Shown piece by piece: positions 55,200 through 64,000 of a stretch of DNA of 64,000 bases. The notes beneath the pieces are model-generated. The model was not told the origin of the DNA, searched no databases, and saw only the letters and a program-made list of their open reading frames with translations. The translations under genes and the position numbers were made by a program. The stretch comes from Candidatus Eiseniibacteriota bacterium (GTDB lineage: Bacteria; Eisenbacteria; RBG-16-71-46): the NCBI GenBank assembly GCA_963744995.1, contig CAVUWA010000011.1:224001-288000 (forward strand), in the 5' to 3' direction. Within the stretch, counting starts at the first letter, position 1; each line of letters starts with the position of its first letter.

Positions 55200-55425
55200 C
55201 ACTTTCCTAGGTTCTAAGCTGTTGTTATTCAATAAGAAAGAAGATCGAAACAGCAGTGCCGGTGAGCGATGTGGAGGAGTGGACGAACCGCGACTTATTT
55301 GGTTGTACTGCAATGCTTTACGGACGTGTCTCCAGTGGGGACAATCGGGTCCTTCGTTCACACCCACTCACGCGGCCGCCGGCAGGCCCCGGTTATCCCC
55401 ATTTCTCCACAGAGTTTTCCACCTC
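55200..55425. other. oriC part 1 (dnaA-dnaN spacer): AT-rich unwinding region plus DnaA boxes
   Basis: AT-rich 55209-55250 with NAN trio-like run; boxes TTATCCCCA 55393, TTCTCCACA 55403, TTTTCCACC 55415, TGTGGAGGA 55270. Confidence 0.75.
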
Positions 55426-55439
55426 TTTTCCGTCCAAAT

Positions 55440-56846
55440 TCAGCTGGCCAGGGTCGAGATCAGACCGTTCACGCGCTCGGAGAACGCCGCATCCGCCGAG
55501 ACCTTCACGCCGACCCGATCGCACGCGTACAGGACGGTCGTGTGGTCCTTGCCGCCGAACATGCGGCCGATTTCGACCAGCGACAGGTCGGTGAGCTGAC
55601 GGAGCAGATACATGGCGACCTGCCGCGGCAGCACGATGGACCGCGTGCGCCGCTTGCCGAGCACGGCTTCCATCTTCACGCCGAACTGCTCCGCGACCGT
55701 CGTGAGGATCCGCTCCGGCGTGAGCTCGTCCGGCTCGGCGTTGACGTAACGCAGCAGCACTTCCTCGGCGAGCGGCAGATCGATCTCCTGATGCGTGAGG
55801 GAGGCCGTCGCGAGCAGCCGTACCAGGCAGCCCTCCAGATCGCGGATGTTGGTGCGGATGCGGTCCGCGATCAGCAGGAGCACGTCCTCCGGCAGGATCA
55901 CGCCCTTGCCCTCACGATCGCAGCGGTTGCGCAGGATGGCGATGCGCGTCTCGAGGTCGGGCTGCTGTACGTCCGTCACCAGGCCCTGGTTGAAGCGCGA
56001 GGTGAGTCGGGCCTCGAGCTTCGGAATGTCCTTGGGCGGCTTGTCGGCGGTGACCACGACCTGCTTGTGCGCATCGCGCAGGGCGTTGAACGTGTGAAAG
56101 AACTCTTCCTGCGTGCTCTCCTTCCCGGCGAGAAACTGGATGTCGTCGATCAGGAGCACGTCCACGTTGCGGTACTTGTTGCGGAACGCCAGCGTCTGGC
56201 CGTGCTGGATGGCGTAGATCATCTCGTTGGTGAAGCGCTCGGCGGACAGGTAGAAGACGCGGGCTTCGCGGCGCTCCTCGCGCACCGCGTGGCCGATCGC
56301 ATGCAGCAGATGCGTCTTGCCGAGGCCCGAACCGCCGAAGACGAACAGCGGGTTGTAGACGTCGCCGGGCCGCTGGGCGACGGCGAGGCAGGCGGCGTGA
56401 GTGAAACGGTTTCCGCCGCCGACGACGAAGTTCTCGAATCGCAGGCGCGGATTGAGCTGACCGTCCATCCAGGTGCCGGACAGGGCCGGCGCAGGGGTGG
56501 GTGGCCGACTCGGCGCGGGACGCTCGGGTGCCGCGCCGGCCGCCATCGCCACCGGTGGCAGGGGCACGGCCTCGCGCGGACTGAAGCGAATCTCGGGATC
56601 TCTGCCGAGCACCTCGGCGAGGCTCTTGCGGAGCGAGGGCAGGTGGTGTTCGTGAATCCAGTCGACGAAGAAAGCGTTAGGTACCTCGAGCTCGACGCAC
56701 AGCGGGCCGACTTCGCGCGGAACAATGGGCTTGAACCACGTGTCGAAGGCCTGCGGACTGCCGATCCGGTTCTTGACCGACAGGAGGACCTGCTCCCAGA
56801 GTCGATGAACTTCTTCTTCGGGCTGGGGCACATGTTGGACTGCCAT
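55440..56846 (-). CDS. dnaA: chromosomal replication initiator DnaA
   Basis: YNPLF, GLGKTHL, LIDDIQF, QEEFFHTFN and DHTTVL. Confidence 0.98.
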   Translation of the reverse strand: MAVQHVPQPEEEVHRLWEQVLLSVKNRIGSPQAFDTWFKPIVPREVGPLCVELEVPNAFFVDWIHEHHLPSLRKSLAEVLGRDPEIRFSPREAVPLPPVAMAAGAAPERPAPSRPPTPAPALSGTWMDGQLNPRLRFENFVVGGGNRFTHAACLAVAQRPGDVYNPLFVFGGSGLGKTHLLHAIGHAVREERREARVFYLSAERFTNEMIYAIQHGQTLAFRNKYRNVDVLLIDDIQFLAGKESTQEEFFHTFNALRDAHKQVVVTADKPPKDIPKLEARLTSRFNQGLVTDVQQPDLETRIAILRNRCDREGKGVILPEDVLLLIADRIRTNIRDLEGCLVRLLATASLTHQEIDLPLAEEVLLRYVNAEPDELTPERILTTVAEQFGVKMEAVLGKRRTRSIVLPRQVAMYLLRQLTDLSLVEIGRMFGGKDHTTVLYACDRVGVKVSADAAFSERVNGLISTLAS

Positions 56847-56878
56847 TTCAACGATCCTTGCTGAAAGCGGTCCCAGGT

Positions 56879-57120
56879 TTATCCACAGGGCGTGAAGCCA
56901 CTTCGTTGAAGCATCAACCGCGGCCGGCGGCCTTGTGAACGGGGGAAGTGTGGAAATCCGACAGCGACGTTATCAACATTGAAGAGACGCGCCGCAAGTT
57001 CATGCGAAACAGCGGCTTATCCTTCCGGGCACCCCCTCTCTTCCACACGATATCCACAATTCCTGGTGCGGGGGCCGGCGAGCGGCCGGACACACCGTTC
57101 CCAGGCCGGGATCCACATGG
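56879..57120. other. oriC part 2 / dnaA promoter DnaA-box cluster
   Basis: Perfect TTATCCACA 56879-87; TGTGGAAAT 56949; TTATCAACA 56970; TCTTCCACA 57039; ATATCCACA 57050. Confidence 0.8.
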
Positions 57121-57408
57121 ACAAGTGACTGCAGCTATTCAATTTGGTTGGTGTGCCAGTGGTTCGCAGAGCAGACCCGAAGGAGCGGTCTCTGCGAGGG
57201 GCGCGAAGGCTAGCACCGGGGGGTGGGGGAGACAAGGCGCATTTTGGCTACCGGTGGCAGATGTCAATCCGTTGCAGACAAACGAATTACGGATTCAGAC
57301 CCACCCGGCCCGGGTGTGCACCGGAGTCCCTGAAAAGGCGGGGGGCCACCCCCCATATCCGGAGGCGGCCCGCGCGCTTAATGACCTGTCCAACAATGCC
57401 TTGCGACG

Positions 57409-58050
57409 CTAGAACGGGAGATTCACGCCCGCCGCGAGGCCGACGTCGTCGTTGAAGGCATCGCCAATGTTCACTTGCAGTTCCGCCATGAAGCGAAACT
57501 CGGGCATCGTGCGCAGCTCGACCCCGCCGCGCAGCGGGAAGGAAAAGTCGCTGTCGTCCGCGTTTCCTACCGAGACGCGCGAGAACATCAGCCCCAGGCT
57601 TCCGTAAGGAACGACCGCGCCGTTGTCGCCCACCGGGAACAGCCGGCTCGCGACGACGTTCGGTCCCAGGTGCAGGACGTTGTAGTTGTCGCCGACTTCG
57701 ACCCCGAGATGGCCGCCCACCGCCACGTCCATGGGGCCCGCCTCGCCGGCCCTCGTCACCAGGCCCTTGAGGTCGCCGCCGAGCCGCAGCGTGGTGCGGT
57801 CCTTGGTGTCCGCATCGCTGCGTGCGAGCCCGCCCTGGAAGCCGAAGTCGATGCCGGGGTAGAAGCTCAGCCGCAGCTGGCTGAGAATGCCGACGACGTG
57901 GTCGCTCGCATTCAGGTAGACCCCGAACACGTGGCCGTTGACGGGGATCGGATCGGCGCCGCCGTACTGGCCGAACGATTGTGCCCGCGCCGCCGGCGCG
58001 GTTGCGAGCAGCGCCAGGACGGACACCAGAGTGGCGAGACGAAACTTCAA
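57409..58050 (-). CDS. outer-membrane beta-barrel protein
   Basis: TTG start with GGAGG SD; signal peptide ARA-Q; C-terminal Phe (VNLPF). Confidence 0.75.
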   Translation of the reverse strand: MKFRLATLVSVLALLATAPAARAQSFGQYGGADPIPVNGHVFGVYLNASDHVVGILSQLRLSFYPGIDFGFQGGLARSDADTKDRTTLRLGGDLKGLVTRAGEAGPMDVAVGGHLGVEVGDNYNVLHLGPNVVASRLFPVGDNGAVVPYGSLGLMFSRVSVGNADDSDFSFPLRGGVELRTMPEFRFMAELQVNIGDAFNDDVGLAAGVNLPF

Positions 58051-58349
58051 GCGAGACCTCCGTGTGCGAATCGTCGCGGGGAGCCCGGCCGGGCGACGTC
58101 CTCCTTGAACGGGCCCGGGTCGCTCGTGCAACGTCGCAAATCGGTCGAAATCGGGTCAAGAGGAATCTCCCGGCCGCGGCCCGCGGGCGTCGCACCGCGG
58201 CGGTGCCGCGGTCGTGACGGGCGGCCGCGCCGGTGCTGCGGTGCGGCCCGGCGCGGGGAGCGAATCCCCCTGCCCACCGCGCGCGGGCGGGGGGATCGGC
58301 CGCGCCGCACGCTTGCGGCCCGTGCGGGCGCGTGATAGCCCTGCCTGCC

Positions 58350-59243
58350 GTGAAGCTCATCTCCGATTTCGACGGCGTCTGGACGCTGCCCCACGACGAG
58401 GCGCGCGCGCAGGGCGAAGTGCTCGACGGAACGCTCGTCGGCTGGATGCCGCCCGCCGAGCGTGCCGCCGCGGCGGCCTGGATCCGCGCGGCCCGCGCCA
58501 CGGTCCGCGCGGCCCCCACGCAGTACGGCTGGGCGCCCGGGGGCCGCCTGAGCGCGTTCGGCGACGAAGATCCGTTCGCGGCCCACAGCGCGTTGCTGCA
58601 CTACCTGCACCTGCACGCCGCCGCCGAACCCATGGCGAAGGCGCTGGTGGAGGCGGTGCTCGCCCACGGCCACAAGAGCCTCGATGCCTTCGGCGGCTGG
58701 ACCCACGCCGAGGGCGTCCGCCGGGTCGCGGCGTCGCGCGGGCCCGGCATCCTGCCCGACGCCGCGGCCGCCGGGCACCGCATGCTCGCGGCGGGGCTCG
58801 AGGTCGCGGTCGTCTCGAACTCCGGCACCGACAAGCTGGCACGCTGGTTCGCCCACGCCGGGGTTCCCGCGCGCGTGCACCCCGATCACGCCGCCGGCGC
58901 GCTGCGCCTGCGCGGGTCGGCGCGCAAGTTCGTGCTGGATCCGGAGCAGGAGAACCCGCTCCATCTCGGCGGTCTCGCGATCGAGCTGGCGCGGCCGGCC
59001 TACGAGGACGTGCTGCGCGACGAGCGCCCGGACGCGGTCGTGGGGGACGTGTTCTCGCTGGACCTCGCGCTGCCGCTCGCGCTCAAGCGGCGCGAGAAGG
59101 AGTTCGCCGGGATGCGGATCTTCTGGCTGATCCGTGACTACACGCCCCGCTGGCTGGTGGATGCGATCGGGCCCGGACTCGGCGACGACGTCGAGCGCAT
59201 CGAAGGCGGCCTCACCGGCGTCGCCGATGCGCTGCTCGGCTGA
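58350..59243 (+). CDS. HAD-superfamily hydrolase-like protein
   Basis: ISDFDGV (motif I), VVSNS (II) and VVGDVFSLD (IV). Confidence 0.78.
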   Translation: MKLISDFDGVWTLPHDEARAQGEVLDGTLVGWMPPAERAAAAAWIRAARATVRAAPTQYGWAPGGRLSAFGDEDPFAAHSALLHYLHLHAAAEPMAKALVEAVLAHGHKSLDAFGGWTHAEGVRRVAASRGPGILPDAAAAGHRMLAAGLEVAVVSNSGTDKLARWFAHAGVPARVHPDHAAGALRLRGSARKFVLDPEQENPLHLGGLAIELARPAYEDVLRDERPDAVVGDVFSLDLALPLALKRREKEFAGMRIFWLIRDYTPRWLVDAIGPGLGDDVERIEGGLTGVADALLG

Positions 59244-59249
59244 GGGGGC

Positions 59250-60125
59250 TCAGCGCAGGTCGTAGAACGCCGACGCCCACGCCGCGTGGTCGCGGAAGCC
59301 GAGGCGCCGGTAGAGCGCGACCGCCGGGGCATTGAAGTCGTTCACGAACAGGCAGGCGCTGCGGCTCTTCTCCATGAGCCGCGCGCAGAGTTCGCTCATG
59401 CCGCGCCGGGCGATGCCGCGGTTGCGGCGTTCGGGCGGCGTGTACACGCCGGCGATCTGCACCGCGTCGCCGGTGCGGGCGCTCATGCTGGCGCGGAAGC
59501 ACAGGCCTTCGCGGTCGATCCATACGAACGTGTAGCCGTCGCGACATTCCTCTTCGACGCGCCGCGCGTACGCGATCGCATCGCCCTGGCGCGGATCCTC
59601 TTCGAGCTCTTCGGCGCGCATCGCGGCGCCGCTCTCGAACACCACGCGATAGTCGGACGGCACCGAAGGGCGCAGCTCGGGCAGCCGCTCGAACGGCGGC
59701 AGCGCACCCCTCTCGAGCGACATGTAGAGCTGGTTGCGATGGATGCGCGGCGTCATGCCGGCCTGCTCGAGGTGCAGCCGGAACGCGTGCACGGCGGCGC
59801 GCGGGCCGATCACGTGGAAGCGCCGCGGCATGAACGGCATACGCTGCAGCGCGTGACGGGCGAGCGCATCGATGGCGGCCGGGTCGTCCACGTGCGGCAG
59901 CACGGCACCGGACTGCGCGCCCATGTGCACGACGCCGACGAGCTCGCCGTCGCGGCGCGCCGCCCAGACCTCGTCGCGCGGGCGCGCCAGGCCGTCGCGC
60001 AGCGTGAGCGCGATCAGGTAGACGTTCAGGACCGGGTCGCGGTCGAGGAAGCCGAACGCTTCGGTGAGGTTCTCCGGACCGAGCCGGTCGATGGACACGG
60101 AGCCGGTGTGGTGGTCGAGCGTCAT
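59250..60125 (-). CDS. GNAT acetyltransferase (DUF4081/FR47-like)
   Basis: GVYTPPERRNRGIA and NAPAVALYRRLGF. Confidence 0.87.
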   Translation of the reverse strand: MTLDHHTGSVSIDRLGPENLTEAFGFLDRDPVLNVYLIALTLRDGLARPRDEVWAARRDGELVGVVHMGAQSGAVLPHVDDPAAIDALARHALQRMPFMPRRFHVIGPRAAVHAFRLHLEQAGMTPRIHRNQLYMSLERGALPPFERLPELRPSVPSDYRVVFESGAAMRAEELEEDPRQGDAIAYARRVEEECRDGYTFVWIDREGLCFRASMSARTGDAVQIAGVYTPPERRNRGIARRGMSELCARLMEKSRSACLFVNDFNAPAVALYRRLGFRDHAAWASAFYDLR

Positions 60126-60171
60126 GCGCGGCGGATCTCCGAGGGGCCGGGGGACGTCCTTGCCGGAAAGC

Positions 60172-60915
60172 CTACACGATCTTCTCGAAGATCGAGTCGA
60201 CGAGCCGGTCGACTTCCGGGTCGCGCTTGTTGCGCGGGCGGGGCAGCGGGACGGTCATGTCGGCCGCGATCTGCCCGGGATGCTGCGAGAGGACCACCAC
60301 TCGATCGGCCATCAGCACCGCCTCCTCGAGGATGTGCGTCACCATCAGCACCGTGTGAACGGGCAGCGCATGGTCGGCCCACAGCGTGATCACTTCCTCG
60401 CGCAGGTTGGCCGAGGTCAGTGCGTCCAGCCCGGCGAACGGCTCGTCCATGAACAGCAGGTCCGGCTCCACGGCGAGCGCGCGCGCGATGCCGGCGCGCT
60501 GCTTCATCCCGCCCGAGAGCTCGCCCGGGTAGGCCTCCTCGAAGCCGTCGAGGCCGACCTTGTCGAGGTAGAACGCCGCGCGGCGCCGCGTGTCCTCGTC
60601 CGACACGTTGCGGGCGCGCAGGCCGAGCTCGACGTTCGCCTGCACCGTGAGCCACGGCAGCAGCGCGAACGACTGAAACACCATCGCCGCCCGCAGATTC
60701 ACGCCTCGCACCGGACGGCCGTGGTAGAGAACCTCGCCCGAGGAAGGCCGGATCAGGCCCATCATCAGGCGCAGGAGCGTGGACTTGCCCGAGCCCGACG
60801 GCCCGACCACGCACACGAACTGACGCTCCGGAACGTGCAGGTTGATGTCCTGCAGCACCGGGATCGCGCGATCGCGGTCGTGGAAGCTCTTGAAGACGTG
60901 ACGCAGCTCGAGCAA
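60172..60915 (-). CDS. NitT/TauT-family ABC ATP-binding protein
   Basis: GPSGSGKS, VFQSFALLPW, LSGGMKQR and MDEPF. Confidence 0.92.
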   Translation of the reverse strand: MLELRHVFKSFHDRDRAIPVLQDINLHVPERQFVCVVGPSGSGKSTLLRLMMGLIRPSSGEVLYHGRPVRGVNLRAAMVFQSFALLPWLTVQANVELGLRARNVSDEDTRRRAAFYLDKVGLDGFEEAYPGELSGGMKQRAGIARALAVEPDLLFMDEPFAGLDALTSANLREEVITLWADHALPVHTVLMVTHILEEAVLMADRVVVLSQHPGQIAADMTVPLPRPRNKRDPEVDRLVDSIFEKIV

Positions 60916-60918
60916 ACG

Positions 60919-62613
60919 TCAGCCCTCCAGCTGGAAGCGCTCCTGGACGTACCGGTACAACCGGGCCCAGACGATGCGATTGAATGAAACCACGGTGATC
61001 ACGATCAGCGCCAGCGACAGGAACAGCATCGTCCGCTCGCCGCTGTCGAACACCGCGTGGTTGAGTTCGGAGCCGATGCCCGAGACCTGATAGACGCGAT
61101 CCCTGTAGACCACGTACTCGGACAGGATCAGGGCGTTCCACGTGCCGCCCCAGGCGACGACGCTGCCGGTAACGAGCGACGGCATGCATGCCGGCAGCAC
61201 CAGGCGCCGGTGGATTTCACGGCGGCTGAGCCCGAGCGAGCGCATGGATTCCTTGAGATCGCCCGGCACGCGCTGCACCCCGGCGAGCACGTTGAACAGC
61301 AGGTACCACTGCATGCCGGTGAGCGCGAGCACGATGGACACCAGCTCCATGCCGCCGAAGTGGCCGACCAGCATCGCGACCAGCACCGGGAAGAACGCAG
61401 TCGCCGGGATCGACGCACCGACCTGTGCGACGATCGACAGCCAGCGCATGCCGCGCGGATGATCGCTGGCCCACAACGCGGCGGGGATCACCCAGGCCAG
61501 CGCCAGCACGTACGCCGCGTTGATGCGCAGGAACGACAGCAGCAGCTTGAACGGCAGCGTTGCCGCCGCGGCCGGCCACGGCGGTGCCAGCGCGTCCGCG
61601 ACGCCCACGCCCGCGAACACGATGGCCGCGACGAGCACCGCCCACACCGGCCAGCGCACGAAACGCCACGCTTGCGCCACGCCCGCCCCGAGCGTCCCGA
61701 TGGCGCGGTTCGCGGGTTCGAGGGGCAGCCGCCGCCACAACGCGCGCACCGCGGCGCGCAGCGGGCGGATGAGGAGCGGCAGGCCGAACTCGGGGAGGAA
61801 GCGGGCGGCGTCTTCCTCATCCTCGCCGGACGTGTCGTAGCGGAAGCGGCGCGACCAGGCGCGCAGCGGACGCCACAGCACGACCTCCATCGCGAGCACG
61901 ACGCCGATCAGGGTCGCCAGCGCCGCGATCGCCACGTTCAGGTGCCCGTCGGCGAGCGAGCGGGCCAGCATGCTGCCGAGCCCGGGAAGGTCGTACTGGA
62001 CCGGGCCGGCGACGATGATTTCGCAGGCGATCAGGAAGTACCAGCCGTTCGCCCACGACAGAATGCTGTTGTAGACCAGCGACGGAATGCACGCGGGTAC
62101 GTACAGCGTGCGCCACAGCAGCACGCCGCGCACGTTCAGGCTCTCCGCCGCCGCGCGCGTCTCCTGCGGAATCGTGGTGAGCCCCTCGTAGACCGCGAAG
62201 GCCAGGTTCCAGACCTGGCTCGTGAAGATCAGGAACATCGCCGCGAGCTCGAGGGAGAAGCGCCCGCCGCCGAGCAGGGTCACGAACAGGTAGATGGCGG
62301 CCGGGAAGAAGCCGAGCACCGGCACCGACTGGCCGACGTCGAGGAGCGGCAGCAGCACGCGGGCCACGCGCGGGCTGCCCGCCGCCCACGCCCCGAAGAT
62401 CCAGGCGAACACCAGCGAGGCCGCGTACGCCCCCGCCATGCGCAGCAGCGACCAGCCCGCCGCCGCCGGCAGGTCGTGCATCTCGGGCGCCGGCCGCACG
62501 ACGCTGGCCAGCTCCGCGACCCGTCCCGGCCCGAACAGCACCGCGCCGAGCCCGAGCAGCGCCGCGACCACCGCAACCGGCAGCCAACGCGATGGCGAGC
62601 GGATCCACTCCAT
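60919..62613 (-). CDS. NitT/TauT-family ABC permease (fused double TM domain)
   Basis: QSVPVLGFFP and ASIPATAFFP internal duplication. Confidence 0.88.
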   Translation of the reverse strand: MEWIRSPSRWLPVAVVAALLGLGAVLFGPGRVAELASVVRPAPEMHDLPAAAGWSLLRMAGAYAASLVFAWIFGAWAAGSPRVARVLLPLLDVGQSVPVLGFFPAAIYLFVTLLGGGRFSLELAAMFLIFTSQVWNLAFAVYEGLTTIPQETRAAAESLNVRGVLLWRTLYVPACIPSLVYNSILSWANGWYFLIACEIIVAGPVQYDLPGLGSMLARSLADGHLNVAIAALATLIGVVLAMEVVLWRPLRAWSRRFRYDTSGEDEEDAARFLPEFGLPLLIRPLRAAVRALWRRLPLEPANRAIGTLGAGVAQAWRFVRWPVWAVLVAAIVFAGVGVADALAPPWPAAAATLPFKLLLSFLRINAAYVLALAWVIPAALWASDHPRGMRWLSIVAQVGASIPATAFFPVLVAMLVGHFGGMELVSIVLALTGMQWYLLFNVLAGVQRVPGDLKESMRSLGLSRREIHRRLVLPACMPSLVTGSVVAWGGTWNALILSEYVVYRDRVYQVSGIGSELNHAVFDSGERTMLFLSLALIVITVVSFNRIVWARLYRYVQERFQLEG

Positions 62614-62833
62614 ATGCGGGTTCCCAGGTCTGACGCGCCATGCGGGCGCGGGCGGACATCCAGTGGCCGCCGGGTCGCCCGTGCGCGCCCACGCGGCCCC
62701 GACACGCTTGCGTAAGAGCGCGAATCTATCTTGCGCAGGGGCGCGGGCCAAACGGAATGCGGCCATCGCGGCCGCGCCGGGAGGCTCTGGCGGTGCGCGC
62801 GCGCTGCGGATAGCATGCGCGGCGGGAGGTCCC

Positions 62834-63520
62834 ATGCCGGAACTGGTGATGGTGATCGAGGACGAGAAGGAGATCCGCGACCTGCTGCGCTACAACCTCG
62901 AGCGTGCCGGGTACCGGGTCAGCGCGCTCGCGGACGGGGAGGAGGGTCTCGAGCGCCTGTTCGCGTCGCGCCCCGACGCGCTCGTGCTCGACCTCATGCT
63001 GCCGGGCCGCAACGGACTCGAGATCCTGCGCGAGGTGCGCGCCGAAGCGATGACGCGCGATCTGCCGGTCGTCGTGCTCACCGCGCGCGGCGCGGAGATG
63101 GACAAGCTGCTCGGCTTCGAGCACGGCGCGGACGACTACATGACCAAGCCGTTCAGCCCGCGCGAGCTGGTCGCGCGCGTGCACGCGCTGCTGCGCCGCG
63201 CGCGTCCGGCGCAGGCCGGGTCGGCGACCGAGTTCGGCGCGCTGCACGTCGACACCGCCGCGCACGAGGTTTCCTATGCGGGCGTGAAGCTCTCCCTCAC
63301 GCCGCGCGAGTTCGACCTGATCGCCTTCTTCGTGCATCACCCGGGGCGGGTGCTGTCGCGCGAGGAGCTGCTGCGCAAGGTGTGGGGCTACGACTACCTC
63401 GGCGAGACGCGCACGGTGGACGTGCACGTGCGGCGCCTGCGCGTGAAGCTCGGCGCGGGCAGCCGGCTGATCGAGACCGTGACGGGCGCGGGCTACAAGC
63501 TGGTCCAGCCGCCGGGCTGA
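62834..63520 (+). CDS. OmpR/PhoB-family response regulator
   Basis: IEDE, LDLMLP, GADDYMTKPFS and RTVDVHVRRLR. Confidence 0.93.
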   Translation: MPELVMVIEDEKEIRDLLRYNLERAGYRVSALADGEEGLERLFASRPDALVLDLMLPGRNGLEILREVRAEAMTRDLPVVVLTARGAEMDKLLGFEHGADDYMTKPFSPRELVARVHALLRRARPAQAGSATEFGALHVDTAAHEVSYAGVKLSLTPREFDLIAFFVHHPGRVLSREELLRKVWGYDYLGETRTVDVHVRRLRVKLGAGSRLIETVTGAGYKLVQPPG

Positions 63521-63522
63521 CC

Positions 63523-64000
63523 ATGGCCTGGTCGCTGCGGGGGCGGCTGTTCGCCGGCTACGCCGGCATCGCGCTGACGGCGAGCGTGCTGTTCGTGATG
63601 CTGGTGGTGCCGGCGCAGCGGCGCTGGCTGATCGAACACAACGCGGCGTCGCTCGAGCGGGTCGCGAGCCTCGCGGAGCGGAATGTCGAGCTGAGCGTCG
63701 GCGGGGATCCGCACCGGCTCTTCGGGCCCGCCCTCGCCGAGTCGCTGGGCGCGGCGATCGGCCTGCGGGTGACGCTCATGGCGCCGGACGGCCGCGTGAT
63801 CGGCGACTCCGACGTCGCACCCCGCCGCCTGGTCGAGATCGAGAACCACGCGGGCCGCCCGGAGATGCGCGCCGCGCTCGGCGGCGCGGCCGGCCACGCG
63901 GTGCGGAAGAGCGTCACGACCGGCGTCGAACAGCTGTACGTGGCGGTGCCGTCGCGCGTGCCGGGCGTCGCGGTGCTGCGGATCTCGCAGCCGCTCGCCT
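63523..64000 (+). CDS. PhoR-like sensor histidine kinase, 3'-truncated
   Basis: Read manually: MAWSLRGRLF...RVTLMAPDGRVIGDS...IENHAGRPE...LYVAVP. Confidence 0.85.
   Translation, partial: MAWSLRGRLFAGYAGIALTASVLFVMLVVPAQRRWLIEHNAASLERVASLAERNVELSVGGDPHRLFGPALAESLGAAIGLRVTLMAPDGRVIGDSDVAPRRLVEIENHAGRPEMRAALGGAAGHAVRKSVTTGVEQLYVAVPSRVPGVAVLRISQPLA

Noticed and set aside
57150..57220. Hairpin tcgcaga..agacc/ggtct..ctgcga upstream of dnaA as a possible ncRNA
   Set aside because: A single stem within the dnaA promoter/origin region; not enough independent support

Overview
High-GC bacterial chromosomal window containing the replication-origin region (dnaA-dnaN-dciA-gyrB-OMP-gyrA-rex). The gene content (outer-membrane barrels, long GreA, a secreted protein ending in 'SWGxxKxxYR') suggests an FCB-related candidate phylum such as Eisenbacteria; this is inference only. 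Most genes are housekeeping, envelope or regulatory: nadE, long greA, pduO-like, efp flanked by two paralogous Zn metalloproteases, a LytS/LytTR-LiaF-like operon, a BlaI/M56 pair, groESL, an atypical NtrC-like protein, ABC transporters and phoB/phoR-like genes. I saw no mobile elements, CRISPR arrays, tRNAs or rRNAs. The most striking signal is non-coding. A ~500-nt closed, multi-branched structured RNA (14439-14958) lies directly upstream of an atypical Rho that keeps the ATPase domain but has Arg-rich clusters in place of the OB-fold RNA-binding domain. Three more intergenic structured-RNA candidates (~5858-6103, ~10638-10970, ~41860-42132) match no family I recognise. All RNA structures were paired by eye and need covariance and expression checks.
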